From the NCBI RefSeq assembly GCF_009914755.1, contig NC_060937.1: a stretch of 64,000 nucleotides of DNA; one strand, written 5' to 3'. Made by a program: the position numbers and the translations under genes. Positions 10,901 through 25,380 of the stretch are shown here, in pieces; the first letter of the stretch is position 1, and each line of letters starts with the position of its first letter. This stretch comes from the human T2T-CHM13v2.0 reference genome, Homo sapiens. The notes beneath the pieces are model-generated. The model searched no databases, was not told the DNA's origin, and saw only the letters and a list, made by a program, of their open reading frames with translations.

Positions 10901-13900
10901 ATTTTTTGTGCCATCTTGTCCCTTAGAAAGTTTTGTCTAGAACTCTTCATTGGCTAATACTCCATGATCAAGAAGGGTCTCTTCTAACTAACAAAGGCTT
11001 AAAGTTGTAAGATTTTCCCTCAAGAGAAAACGTTTCTGCCTTCATCATTCTCCTCCTATTTCAAGTCTCGCCTTTGAGAAGAAGGGCCTGGCATTTTCAC
11101 TTCAAACAATATCCTGCCTTATACATATGAGGTATTCACCATCCAATCATTCTATCCCCCGACCCATCTATCCACCCATATCTATCATAAATCCTATAAG
11201 GTTGAATGCCAAATGGGGAAATTTTAATATACAAAATAAGTAATTTTATACTACATCAAAATCTACAAAGTTTTACCTGAAAGATTTTAAATATAGTATT
11301 TCTTACATGTTATTTTTGGAAGTATTGTTTTAATCCAACTCATTTCTTGAGTGCCTAGGTTTCTTGGACCTAAAATAATTTTCATAGTTGGAAGACACAG
11401 CAGCTATACAGTCAGAACTTATCAGTTTGGAGCCAGGGGTATTTATCCCCTCTGGCAATGCTGCGCACGCGGGAATCCTCAGAGCCCTAAGCTCAGCGAC
11501 ACCTCAATGCCAGTGGGGACATCCCAACAGTCATGTTAACAGAGTTTAATGCATTTGAAGTCATGCTCTGTGCTTTTTAGAAAAATCCATAAAATGGGAA
11601 GTTTACTCACACTGCCTCTCCATATGTGAAAACATGTCAGACACCCCACCCCATCCTGATGGTTGAATGTTCTACGTTCATACAGCTAAAGAATGAGGCA
11701 GGAAACAAACTTAACCTCCAATGAGGGGCTTCTGCCTTTATGTACTTTTCTTTGAGATATCATTGTGTAAGCAATAAAGCTGGGAGCACTGATTTAAAAA
11801 CTGAAATATTAGGTTTTCACACATCATATGTTTTACAATAACAATTTTCCTGAGGTGGACCTAAGCTTAGCATCTTCATGGACGCTAATAGCAAATAGAT
11901 TTATTTAAAAAAATTTAACATTTGCATAAGTAGCTTAAGGAAAAGAGTGTAGTAGGGGTTTTTTTTGTTTGTTTGTTTTGAGTCATGAGTATCTCAAAAC
12001 GTGGGCATTTCATCCTGTAGCTTTTTACACTAGCTAAGTGGATTGAAGGAATATTCTTTTTTTTTGTAAAATAACAAACAAATCACACCTAATGTTTTTC
12101 AAAAAACGAAATGAATGAAATAGATTTACTTTTTATAGTAGAAATATTGAAAAATTTAAATGACTATTAGATGAAGGCATTACCTTAATCTCAGAAAAAA
12201 TGATATTCAGTTTCACTTTGCACTGTTTATGTCTCTCTCTGAGCATCGCCATAGGGCCATCACTTAGGTTTTGAATTCTGCTGTGAAATAGTGGGCAAAA
12301 TCTTCCCAGATACTTATGTCTTTTCCAGAGTTGTCTTTGGGGATTCTCTATAGCCACAGCTACCACAATGTGAGGCAACAGGGATTCAGGAAGAAGGCTT
12401 TGATCAGTGCCACCCATTTACCCAAACCCGGAAACACACAGTCCAAGCCATGTGTAGCCAGCAGGGTGCTGTTAATTACTCTTATTACCTTAATAACTAG
12501 AGAACCCTGGAATAATACATTTTTTACTTGTGAATTAAAAATGGCAATGCATTGGCTGTGATGCTGTCAGAATGAAATCTGCATTACCAAAATTCTGTGA
12601 GTCAGAAGATTAATTATATTTGTACAATCTTTTTGTGTTAGTAATAAATTGTAAAAGTACATGGAGTCTTACTTAGGAAGTAATTTTGAGTTATTATCTC
12701 AAATGGAATGCTGCTAATTTTGTTGGTCCAGTCAATGTACTGATTGCAGTACTTCTTCTGCTTTATTTTTCAGAGACGGAGTCATATTAAAATCTTTTGG
12801 AAATAGAACCAAACATTGTTTAACTGTTAGGTTAACCTTCACTGAGTCAATTATATTCCTAATGAATAAATCCATTGCATTATATTTGATTTGACTTTAT
12901 AAAAACAGTATCAGAGCTAATAGACAATATAATGGAGGGGTTTCAAGAACTACTTTAGAGGGTTTTTTGGTCCCCCCTCCCCCTTTTTCTTTGTTTCAGA
13001 ATTAGAGTTAGGCTTAGTTTCCACATAGTCTCATTCAAGTGCTGGGCCAGGACTGGACAGCCCCTGGTTATTAAAGAGTAGGTTCTCACTCCAGCAATTG
13101 GCCAAACTCTACTGCAGCAGTATCAATTGTAGGTGTATTATTGTATTCATTTTACTAAAGGGCATGTCACTTTTTCTTCCTCAAGGAATTTTTAGCAAGT
13201 GGTTAAAAATAACCTTTAAGAAAGGTTATATTACTGCTGAGGCCTAGCCAAACCTTTTGGATGGAAATCTGCATCCATCATACTCAGATCTGTCAAAGTA
13301 AGTCTGGTGGGCAGCTCAGTAGACACGAGGTTGAATTCAAATGTCACTGCGCCATGTTTCGTGAAAAACTGGCTGGCTGAGGTGACCTTTGCGTGCCAAC
13401 GTTCCATTTTGTAGTTTGAAAGGGAAAAAGAAGCTAGCCTACAAAATTGTGCAGTATTAGGACCAAACCTGAAAGCAAAGACAGATTCAAATTTTAATTG
13501 TGAAATTGTCAGCTGTGGTCAAAGATGAACATGAATTGAATCACTTCTTACATTTTCATTCAATCTTAACCTGAAGTATTCTTTCAGGCCTGAATAAAAT
13601 ACACTGTTGGAAAAGAAGGTGTGAGTTTAGCAATTATAAAAAATCTATTTAGGTAATTCTCCATTAAACAATTGTTTCTTTAAAATATACTTTATATTCT
13701 ATATTTTTGAACTGTGCCTACTAAGGTGGCAAAAGCAGCTAACCCTGGAGAACATCAAAAAGTTAACAATTAGTTATTAACAACTAGTGATTATGAAGAA
13801 CATTCACTTGGGTGTAAAAGAAACCACTGTATAGAGAAATTTAATAAAAATTACTCGAAGACTACCAGTTGTATTTCTATATGGCCACAAAAAGAAAAAA

Positions 13901-14998
13901 AAAACAAAGAGCTGAACCAGTTCTCATAGTACCAGTAGAAATCAAGGTAGTACTCTTATTCAATGAATGTTTATTTTGCATATTGTGCATAGCTATAAGT
14001 GGACACAAAGCAATATAATTAACCAGTGACATTCTATTTAGATAAACTAAAACTTCTTTGCAATAGGTGTCCACAGAGAATAGCAGTTGTCATTTCATTC
14101 AGCTTTCTTAAATGCCAACGACATTTAGATAAACAAATGTTGGATGATTTTGCTCCTACTTTCACGTTCCCCTTACTAATCGGCCTTTTAGAGCGTATGC
14201 TGGAGACATATGGGCCAGTTGAGCTTTTCCTAATTGTGGAGAGCAAGTCATTGCCTCCATGACTGTCTTATTGCATTCTGGGTGACATCTTGCTTGGCGG
14301 AGCCAAAAATAGAGCACTCACATATTCTTCCAAGATGTCTTCATGCTTATTCTTTTCCTTTTCCTCTTACACCCTTTTTCTGGGTCAGTTACTCTCTTGG
14401 TTTAAAATACCACCTCTATCTTATGATTCCCAAGATAATATCTTCAGTGACAGCACTCTTTTGTCTAAAGATTGTGACATTCATCTATCACCTGCATGTC
14501 TCCACCACAACGTGTCATAGGACACTCAAATGAATTCTCTCTCCTCCAGAAAACTTGATCTTCTTTCATTGTTTTTTTAATTTCAGTACAATTTTAGGTA
14601 ACAAAGGAACATTTGGGAAGGAAGATATATTTTATGGTAAATAAGAAATGTGTGTTGACCACTTTAGATATATAATTCCTCTTTTCCCCAAATCTCTTAC
14701 ATTTAAAAACTGGGGTTCGTTGAGACTACATCTTCCCCTTCAGCTTGCTGATTTTACCTTTAGAAGCTTTTAATAGTAGAATAAATACGGAAAGTTGTAC
14801 ATTAATTAATGATTGTTGAGACTCAAATAATTTAATTGAATTCACATTACTTGATGTGCATGTAAGAATGGACTATTTAATACTCACCCAAAAATTAACT
14901 TGATAAAAATGGATTAAAACAAAATAATTAGTGGAATACAAAGAACTGTTATAGAACAAAGATCAACAAAACATGCCTTGTGGGTAAAATCCTTTCTG

Positions 14999-15798
<800 letters not shown>

Positions 15799-15844
15799 AA
15801 TTTTTACACCTTTTAAGGGTTATAGAGCTCAGGCATGAATGCAT

Positions 15845-15845
<1 letters not shown>

Positions 15846-15881
<36 letters not shown>
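15846..15881. repeat. (CA)n microsatellite
   Basis: Seen directly. Confidence 0.95.
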
Positions 15882-15883
<2 letters not shown>

Positions 15884-16026
15884 AACACAAGCATATTTAA
15901 CAGGGATAATATGTGATATGGCCTACAAAGACTAAAATATTTATCGTCTCACTTTTCACAGTAAAGTTTGCTGTCCTGTTGCGGTGGAATAAGTAGCTAA
16001 ATTTCCCAATATGAGTTGTTACCTGA

Positions 16027-16413
<387 letters not shown>

Positions 16414-16794
16414 ATAGAAAGTTGATTTTAAAAGTTCTTATGCAGGGGTGGGAAGTAGTATACATAAAATAAAGCCTTCTCAAATACTTTATTTCGTTTG
16501 TTTCTAAATAATAACTATAGTAATAATATTTTTATACCTAATCTTCTAATTTAGTGAGATAAGTTTGTAGTAAATGAATTATATTGAGACTATATTCTAG
16601 ATACAGCTTTAAAAACTGGAAGGAGAAAATGAGGGAAAGATATTTAAGGTACCTAAGGAATTTCAAAATGAATTATATCCTACAATGATCAATTTCAAAG
16701 TGAACAAAATTTTATTAGGTATCAGTTTAAAGGCATTATGAGTATGCTTTGGGATACCAACACTAATTAGTGTATTGATTGATTTACTAAATCA

Positions 16795-17570
16795 GTGTGC
16801 ATTTAATGAGCATGTACTTTGTGACAAGGATTGTTCGAAGCGCTTAGTGGCAAAGATGTAAGGTACACATAAAATGCTTGTGAAAAAATGAGATAAATGC
16901 TCTGAGAGAGACATGCATTAGGAGCAACAGCAGGAAAAATAGGAAAGATCAGCTTTGCCAGATGGTGGAGTTTCCACACAGGATGCTGCCTATGCTGGCT
17001 CTTACAGAATTGGTAGGAATGAACCAGGTGGACCTGTGTGGGGAACGCAGAAGAACACTGGTGAGGAAATAGTGTGAATAGCCTAGGCAAAGAGACAAGT
17101 GTGTGAATCAGCACACTGGATTGAAAACCACATGTACGTTTGGCATAGATGTATGCATGATGCAGTGTGGCACATGTCAGGGCGTGAAGCTGAGGTTCCT
17201 GACCACAGAGGGCTCTCTGTGCCATGGAAAGGGTTTGGTGTTTATCCTGGAAGATACAACGGTATTGTTGGCCATTGTGAATTGAGGCAGTGATATGAAA
17301 ATTGCATGAAAAATTTGGTGGAAGAGAAAAAGATGAATTAAAAGGAGCAATGTGAAATAAGTTGGGAGCTATTGTAAGAGCAGAGGCAAGAAAAAAGAAG
17401 CTAGACTGACACACTCATAATAGACCTTGAGAAGAGCAGTGGGACTGGAGGTATATGGAGGGTAATATTAATGGGACCTAATCAATTTGATTTGGGTGTT
17501 GAGGGGAAAGCACCTAGGATGATCCTCAGGTGTGTAGCTTACAGACTGTGGGATGTAGAAACAGAGATCC
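16795..17570 (-). mobile_element. L2 fragment
   Basis: GCATTTAATGAGCATGTACTTTGTG start; purine-rich L2 body (GGGTTTGGTGTTTATCCTG, GATTTGGGTGTTGAGGGG). Confidence 0.6.
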
Positions 17571-18449
17571 TATTGGTTGTTTCTCTGGAGAGCTCTTTTG
17601 AATACTCCAGTTCACACAGGTGCCCACTGTCCCTGCTCTTCTTGCTTTCATTTCACTCATCCCCCTTCCCTGGCCTTACAGGCAGACTCCTAGGTCCTCA
17701 TTTGGACCCATGTCTCTGAGTCAGGCCTTGGAATTTTCCTTCTGGGCTCCAAACACTTACAGCTGTGGATAAAAGATACTCCTGTATCTAGCTAAACCCT
17801 GTCCACCCTTTCTGCCTGGTGGACAGTACCAATCTTTTACAGGCAGCAGGGAAGACAGTCCATAAAGGAGGCCTAAAAGAAGTAGAAAGACAGGTAGGAT
17901 AAGAAACGGAAAAGTTTCCAAGACCCAAGGCCAGCCATGCCTGGAACTCCCACTGGGATCAGGACTCCGGGGACCAGGCTGTGGTGTTGGACATGCCCTG
18001 CTTGTGGTGAAGACCTGACTTGACTTCCAAGTGCTCGACTTAGAGATGACTGTACAGGGCATCAGATCCTTTCAGTTTACCCCCAGGTAACTGACTTGCT
18101 GACCGGTAACATTCCATGTTGCCAAATGTACCCTTTCTCCATGAAGTTAATGTCTAAGACAACCCAGTCTGTTCCGAGAATTCTGGTTGTCTTTATTCAA
18201 TTCTAACTGTATACATAGCATAGGAACAAAACACAGTGTCTGATGTAACAAAAATCACATAAATATTTTCAATAGTGTGTTTCCTCTTAAGATCTCACGG
18301 TTGTCCATATGGCTAAATATATTCATCTCCACGGAGCTCCTTGAGGTAAACAAGGTAGTGTGCATATAAAGGGCTAAGATTTTACTAGTACCTGCACAAA
18401 TTACCAGGTAGTAGTTTTCATGTGAAAACAACAACAATAAAATACTGTA

Positions 18450-20018
18450 TGGTATTTCCCCCCTTATCTGCACGGAATGTGTTCCAAGGCCCCCCACTGG
18501 GTGACTGAAACCACAGCTAGTGCCAAATCGTATGCATACTATATTTTTCCTATTCTTATCTATGATGAAGTTTAATTTATAAATTAAGCACAGTAAGAGA
18601 TTAACAATAGCTAAAATAGAACAATTAGAACAATAAACTATAACGAAGTTATACAAATATAGCTTCTCTCTAAATATGGTACTGTATTCACCCTTCTTGT
18701 TGTGATGGAGATAGGAATGGCACTGGGTGGTCACAGGAGGATGGAAAAACCCAAATAACAGCTAAAACAGGAGCAAGATAAAGAAATCACAGGATAACAG
18801 AAAATTCAAAATGAGCGAGAGAAAAGGGCGAAAGCTCCCATCAGGGTGACATGTCCATGACTCTTCAGGCAAACCCAAGTGAGAGAGAAAGGGGGCGGTA
18901 ACCATAGTTCCCTCAATCCCCTCTTTTCCAGAACACTTAATCATTATTCCACCCTCTAAAGAAACACCCATAAAATTAGAAACCCAAAGTCTGTTGGGCA
19001 CCACTTTCTCGCCAGCATGCCTGCACTTCTCTCTTAAGTGTGAACTTCCCCTTTGTGATAAAAGCTTCTTGCCTTTCACTTCATTCTGATTCATCCCTGA
19101 ATTCTTTTTCATGATGGTGTCCAGAACCTGGTCGCTGGCTGGGGCTGGGGTATCCCTGGCATCTGGAGAGCCTCGTGAGCCCTCTGGCAGCCTGTTGATG
19201 TGAGATGGTGCAATGCCCATGTGATGAGAGGAAGCCAGGTGAATGACGCAGGCAGTGGGCTACCAGTGACCTTCCCTCTTCCTGAATCCATGTAACCATC
19301 CCTCACTTGCAGTCAAAGGCATCACTGCTTTCAGGGAATTTCCTGCTGAAATCTTCTTTCAGGTTCAATGCTTTTCAGTGCAACATGTTGCTGTCAATTG
19401 AAGCACGTTTTCTGTTTGTCCACAAGTTGAATGCCTTTTCCATCTTAAGCACTTAGCACACACCCTGGCCAAAACTTTTCCAGGTTGAGGTGCTACAGCA
19501 AAACTAGCACAAACTTCTTTTTCCTTCCTCACAACTTCATAGTTAGAAGATTCATTCTTACTGTAGACCTTAGCAAACTCAGCCCACAATTTTTGTTTCT
19601 TAAGTCAAGAACTCCCAACTTTTCACTTGAATGGAGCACTTTACAGCTTCTTTGGCATCTCCAAATTGCCAGCATCACTACTCTTCTGCTTTGGGGCCAT
19701 TATGAGGTAAAATAAGAGTGACTTGAACACAAGCAGCATGAAGCCTCATCAGCTGATCTCATCACTCAGATGGCTATTAAGGGACTCATGGGCAGGGGTA
19801 TGTGTTGTGTGGAGACACTGGAGGAAGGGTAGAGTCACATCCTAGGTAGGATGCAGCAGGGCAGAGCGAGATTTCATTACACTTACTCAGTACAATCACA
19901 ACTTAATGTTTATGAATGGCTTGTTTCTGGATTATTCCATTTAATATTTTTGAGCCGTGGTTGACAGTTGGTAACAGAAACCATGGCAAGTGAAACCATG
20001 GACAAGGGGGGACTACTA
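18450..20018 (+). mobile_element. MER44/Tigger7-derived TcMar element interrupted by an LTR
   Basis: TIRs GTATTTCCCCCCTTATC and GACAAGGGGGGACTACTA with TA flanks; minus-strand ORF 19365-19589 resembles a Tigger transposase N-terminus. Confidence 0.8.
18703..19192 (+). mobile_element. ERV1 solo LTR (MER66-like)
   Basis: Starts TGATGGAGATAGG; TSD-like TGTTG at 18698-18702 and 19193-19197; MER44 resumes collinearly after it. Confidence 0.7.
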
Positions 20019-20344
20019 TACTCCAGAGCCCTAATATATAAACCATATAAAACAGGGCTGCTCAGAGGGAGAGAGTTGGAATGAAGGAGCCTCCTGAGCC
20101 ATACCTCTGTGATGACCTCCTATCCCTAAGGCAGCCTAGGAGGAAGCCTCCTGGGCCCTTGATCCCCGGGGAACATAGGATGAAAGTTGCTGCACTGGTT
20201 TCTGAAGATATGTATTTCAGCCATTGAATACTTCTGAGAACTGGAATATTGAGTCATGTCACTGCCTAAGAGTGAGCATGTTTCTTTCTCTTCCAGAGTT
20301 GCAGTAGTGAGTTGACACATGGTCAGTATTGAAGAATACCTAAA

Positions 20345-20642
20345 TAATTAGGTATTCTGGAAAAGGAGGGGATGATGGAGACCGTGGTTACTGCCACCTT
20401 TCTCTTTCACTTGCGTTTGTCTGAAGAGTCATGGACGTGTCACCTTAACTGAAGTGCTGGCCATTTTCTCTCCCTTATTTTGGGTTTTCTGTTATTCTGT
20501 GATTTCTTTGCCTAGTTCTTGTTTTAGCTGTTTGGGTTTTTCCATCCTCCTGCCACCACCCAGTGCCATTCCTTTCTCAATCACAAGAAGAAGAAGGGTG
20601 AGTACAGTACAATAAGATGTTTAGAGAGAGAAGCCATATTCG
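20345..20642 (-). repeat. Inverted copy of the MER44/MER66-like junction at 18654-18945
   Basis: Reverse complement reads ATATGGCTTCTCTCT...TACTGTACTCACCCTTCTT...TGTGATTGAGAAAGGAATGGCACTGGGTGG...TTTTCCAGAATACCTAAT, collinear with 18654-18945. Confidence 0.85.
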
Positions 20643-22059
20643 TTCTGTAAACAAATTCTCACCTTCAAGGTGTGAACACTTCTGGGAAGAGAAGAGCAAG
20701 TCCAATGCTCTTGGCAGCCTGAACTCATCTTCAGGGCTTCTCTGCCGCTTAATGGGTGACAGATGAGCGTCTCTGTTTTTCATGCTTCCCATTAGCCTTT
20801 CTGTATCATTTGAGTCTAGAACCTGCTGGGCTGGGGAGGGATGGAATCTTCTCCTTACTGGGCTCCGTTTATGAGCACACTGACATTCAGAGTCCTGAGG
20901 TCCTATTACTGACTCTTCTATCAGATAGAGAGACAGCATTTAGAAACAGTGCTTTCCATTTAAGTGGAAACACAAATTTAAAAGAAATACCCCAGATGCT
21001 TCTGTCTAGTGCACGGATGCTTTGCTGTCCTGATATTTTCTACATGGCTCTCGAACAGATCCAAAGTAATAGGCACATCTTTCCTTATAAATCACGATAC
21101 CATTTTTCTGTAGAACAGGAGAGAAAGGCAGAACTCTCTCCGCCACTCTTGGGATGACACTCAATGAGGCTTCACAGAGTAAAGCCATATGGGGCAACAT
21201 GACTTTGTCAGCTGTGACTTTGCAGGCAGAGCCAGAGATTATTTTTATTGGAAGGCAATCAATTCCAAATACTATCAATACAGCCTTCTCCCAGCCTCTT
21301 TTCAAGCTTTCATTATTATTGCACAGCAGCCTCAACAATTGTATTTGTCAGTGTGGTAGGGAGAACTATGCAACCTGTTGGTGGACTCAGCAAATTGGGG
21401 TTTGTCTTGTGAATACTGATGTCTTCAAAAGCTCTCTCCTGGCAGCTTGGGAAGAGCTTGCCATTCAGAATGACATTTCATTCTGTTTATTGTGATTATT
21501 TTTTTGCCGTAGAGTTTTAAAAGCGTAATTGCTTTTGTAGTCTGAGGAAGAAAGGGGCACAAAGCTACATTTAGAGATGTATATAATTGTTAAGCAGGTT
21601 TGAGAGGTTAAGAATAGTGAGCTTTTTTTAAAAGGCATAGTACATCATAGATTTGTGAATTTGTTTATTACAAACCTTTGGGCTTACACTAATGTAGATA
21701 ATAAAACCTGAATTTAAAGTGGTTTCAAATATAATGGAAAGAGAGCAAGGAAACCAGGGTGCTGTTCAACTGATTGCAGGAGACATTGGAGAGCCTGGAT
21801 CTAACTATTTGGGCATATGTGACAAATTCATAGGGACAAGTGGAATAATACAATAGAGTTGATGGTTCATTTATGTTAAATAGTAATAGGCATATATAGC
21901 TGTTATGGTGTCTAATAAACTAATAGAATATACAAACATACATTAAAATAAAAATGTTATATGCAGGGTGCAAAAAATGTGTTTAATACAAGCCAGGGCT
22001 TATTTCAGATGATTTTTCTTATAGCAATGAAAAGATGTGGAAACAGTAGCAGGATCTAT

Positions 22060-22340
22060 TCATTTATTTCCTTATTCAGTAATTTATTCTGAAATGTTTA
22101 TTTTTCTTCTAGTGTATGCAAGACACTGTTCTAGACACCCAGGGAATAACTGAGCAAGAAGCCTTGTTTTATGGAGGTTATAACCTACTGAAGGAGGCAA
22201 ACAATAAGCAAGCTGATAAATATCATTATATAATTACATTTCAGATAGTAATATTTTCCATGAAAATAAGAAAGAGAAATTAGAGAGTGACCAGGTGACA
22301 ATATTTGAGTATGAGAAAATGACAATATATGAGAGGAAAA
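22060..22340 (-). mobile_element. L2 3' fragment
   Basis: TTCATTTATT...GTATGCAAGACACTGTTCTAGACAC. Confidence 0.5.
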
Positions 22341-22537
22341 TCAGAGGAACGAGACCTCTGAGTGAGTTCAGGAAAATTAGACCCAAGGAATAAGAGGAGG
22401 TTTGGCTCTCTACAGGGGCACATAGATGTCATTCATTACAATGGAAGGGGAACTTTTGGAGTGTTTCAGCTGAGGTCAGCCACTGAGTGTGCCTATTAGA
22501 TATGTAAATGTATCCATGTCATGAAAAATGATTCTAA

Positions 22538-22735
22538 GAGGCAGATAGTGTAGTGTTTAAACTTATACAGATTCCGGAGCCAGAATGCTTGGGTTCAGGA
22601 AGCTCAGGTTGCCTGTCTGTAAAATGAAGATAATAATACCTATCTCATTAAATTGTTTTAAGGATTAAATGATGAATAGTTATAAAGCCCTAGAACATTG
22701 TCTAGCATATACCAAGCACCTAATACATGTTGTAT
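22538..22735 (+). mobile_element. MIR
   Basis: GGAGCCAGAATGCTTGGGTTC...CTGTAAAATGAAGATAATAATACCTATCTCAT...AGGATTAAATGA. Confidence 0.75.
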
Positions 22736-24950
22736 AATTTTAATGGTAGCATTATTGATATTACCAAGAAGTTTTGGAGCTGACCCAGTGAGATGACTTT
22801 TGTGCAGACATAAAATTGTCCATTCTTAACACACAAATGTCAAGTTAGAGCCCATAAAAAATTAAAATCCATATTGTGTCTTCCAAAATTACTCTACAGT
22901 TGAGTCTTGTAGGGAAATAGTTTGAAAAACATCAACTCTTCATTTGCCAATATGTAAGAGTACCTTTGCTGCAATGGGGGGGACTTTGGACTGCTGAATG
23001 GAGAACAATTCTCAGCTGCATTGACATGTTAACAAATCAAAGTTACCCAAGACTAACATTTTGTCACCTTCTTTTCTATGAATTTTAAGTTGTATTTTTT
23101 TCACATGATGGGCCTTTTCTCTTGCAGAATCTGTTTCATCCTTGAATCTGTGATCAGAGAAAACATAGTTCACAGCAGTTGTATTTTGTTTCTTCATTTC
23201 CTTATGTTCCAATGCTATGTAAGACTTGTGCATTTCTCTTGTTAAACTATCTTATGTTAATTGAATTCTTAGACTCAGCTAAGACCCTAAAGGTTGGGAT
23301 ACACATTCACTTTGGAGCCCGTGGGTAGAATCCTGAGAGATATGACAAAACCCAGCAGAAAGTAGAAATTCTTATCAAGGTGAGCTCCCTTAGATCTGTA
23401 TCTGTAATGTCTAGTTGAGAGAGGAAGATATTTCTTTGTCCCTTCTTATTTTTTTTTTCTAAATGTGGATTGGTAGAAAAGAAAAGCATTTGTAATAATT
23501 TGTTCTTTGAATTGTGACTTTTGTAAATTTGGTTTTGAGTGCTCATTGACTATTGACCCACAGCCTCCCAGAAATAGTTCTTGGTTTTTTGTTTGGTTGT
23601 TGATTTCTGTCTTTTGCATTATTCATCCTAAGGAGAATTTATCTTAATTTTCTCAACTTTTATTGCCTCGTTAGTAATGAAGGTCTTTTCTCTCTTAGGA
23701 GAGTACTTTACTCTCTCTGTGGGAGAAGTTTTGGATCTTGAGAGGGACTCTTTTGTACCCTCTTGAGGACACCTCTTCCATTGTTAAGCCATAGAAGGCT
23801 TACTGGTTTTGAATTGAAATTGAAGTAGGTATACCTTCAGAGATTTGGAATTTTGTACCTAAAAGTATTTTTTTTTTTAAGAGCTCACATTCTAAACAAC
23901 TGGCCTATTGGAACCTATGAGAAGAATTGACTTTAAAAAAAGTTTAATACTTTCAGGAATGGTTGCTGTTTCTTCTGGCTAAAACCTAATAATAAGATAT
24001 TTGAAAAGAATTTGTTTTTCAGAGACCTCTGGTTAGAAGTCAGCTGATATCTAGGCTGTAATTTTTTTTTTAGCACTCTCTGTTTCTGTATTGGTTCCTG
24101 CTTCTCCCATGGGAGCTTCTCAGTTAACTAAAACACTTTTTTTTCAAATTCGGATGAACCATATGCCCTGCTTCCTCTGACCACTTTTCTTATTGGCATA
24201 GTTTTTGACATTTGAAAATTGAGCAAATGAAAAATCTTAAATGTCTTTCATACTAATATTAGTAAAATGCTTTATTTAAATTGGTTCAGAGATAAATGAG
24301 CATACCTAAAGCTTCTACAAATGTGATAATTAAATACATTTCAAGTTCATGGGACTTGGGGAGATCTTTGATAAATAAGCTGTTTTTAAATTATTGATAA
24401 AAATAAAATAGAATGTCTTCAGATTTGTCTGCATACTTTTTTTAACCTGGGTTTGCTGGTCAGATGGGTTTATATATGTCTCTATTATATTTTTAAGATC
24501 ATAAAACTATAAATTCAATCTGAGGAGAATGCACCAAGAAAATAAATTTGCTTTACTTTTTAGGTTTTTTATTAGAAATTAAGATTACTAAGAGTTAAAA
24601 ATTCTTATTAATATATGTAATTTTGTATGCAAATTATACAAGAAAAATCTGTTTTTCTTATAATAGGATACAATTGGTTATATTAACAAGGTTTTGAATG
24701 AGATGTTATACTACATTTAAATTGTCTGTAGGTACTACAAGCAGAATCTAAAGTCAGCCTTGGTTTGTCTTTCTGCCCTTGAGAGATTTTAAGTCTCATA
24801 TTCCTATGTAGTCAGTTAACATCTTTGATACACTTATATAAAAAATAAGGCCAAATCTGATGAAGCTAAACTTGTTATAAACAAGTTGGGCTTACTTTGA
24901 TTATCTTTGGTAAAAATAGGAGTAACTGTAGAGAAAACAATTATGTTTCT

Positions 24951-25238
24951 GTGGCTCATGCCTGTAATCCGAGCACTTTGGGAGGCCAAGGGGGGCAGAT
25001 CACAACGTCAGGAGTTCAAGACCAGCCTGGCCAATATAGTGAAACCCTGTTTCTACTAAAAATACAAAAAATTAGCTGGGTGTGGTGATGGGCACCTGTA
25101 GTCCCAGCTACTCAGGAGGCTAAGGCAGGAGAATTGCTTGAACCTGGGAGGCAGAGGTTGCAGTGAGCTGCACCACTGCACTCCAGCCTGGGTGACAGCA
25201 GGGTGAGGCTCCATCTCAAAAAAAAAAAAAAAAAAAAA
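24951..25238 (+). mobile_element. AluS (Sg-like), slightly 5'-truncated
   Basis: GATCACAACGTCAGGAGTTCAAGACC; poly-A tail ending at 25238. Confidence 0.92.
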
Positions 25239-25380
25239 GGAAAACTGTCTTACACTGGCTGTCACGTGTACCCCTGTTCATTATTTTCAAGTTTTTATTA
25301 TTTACCTGCAATCTGGACTGAACCTTGAATTCTTCTAGGTTCCCTCAATCCAATTTTCCCCCACTATCTTTTGATCATTT

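Noticed and set aside
16803-17414. Longest ORF (203 aa)
   Set aside because: Lies within a decayed L2, non-ATG start, no recognisable domain
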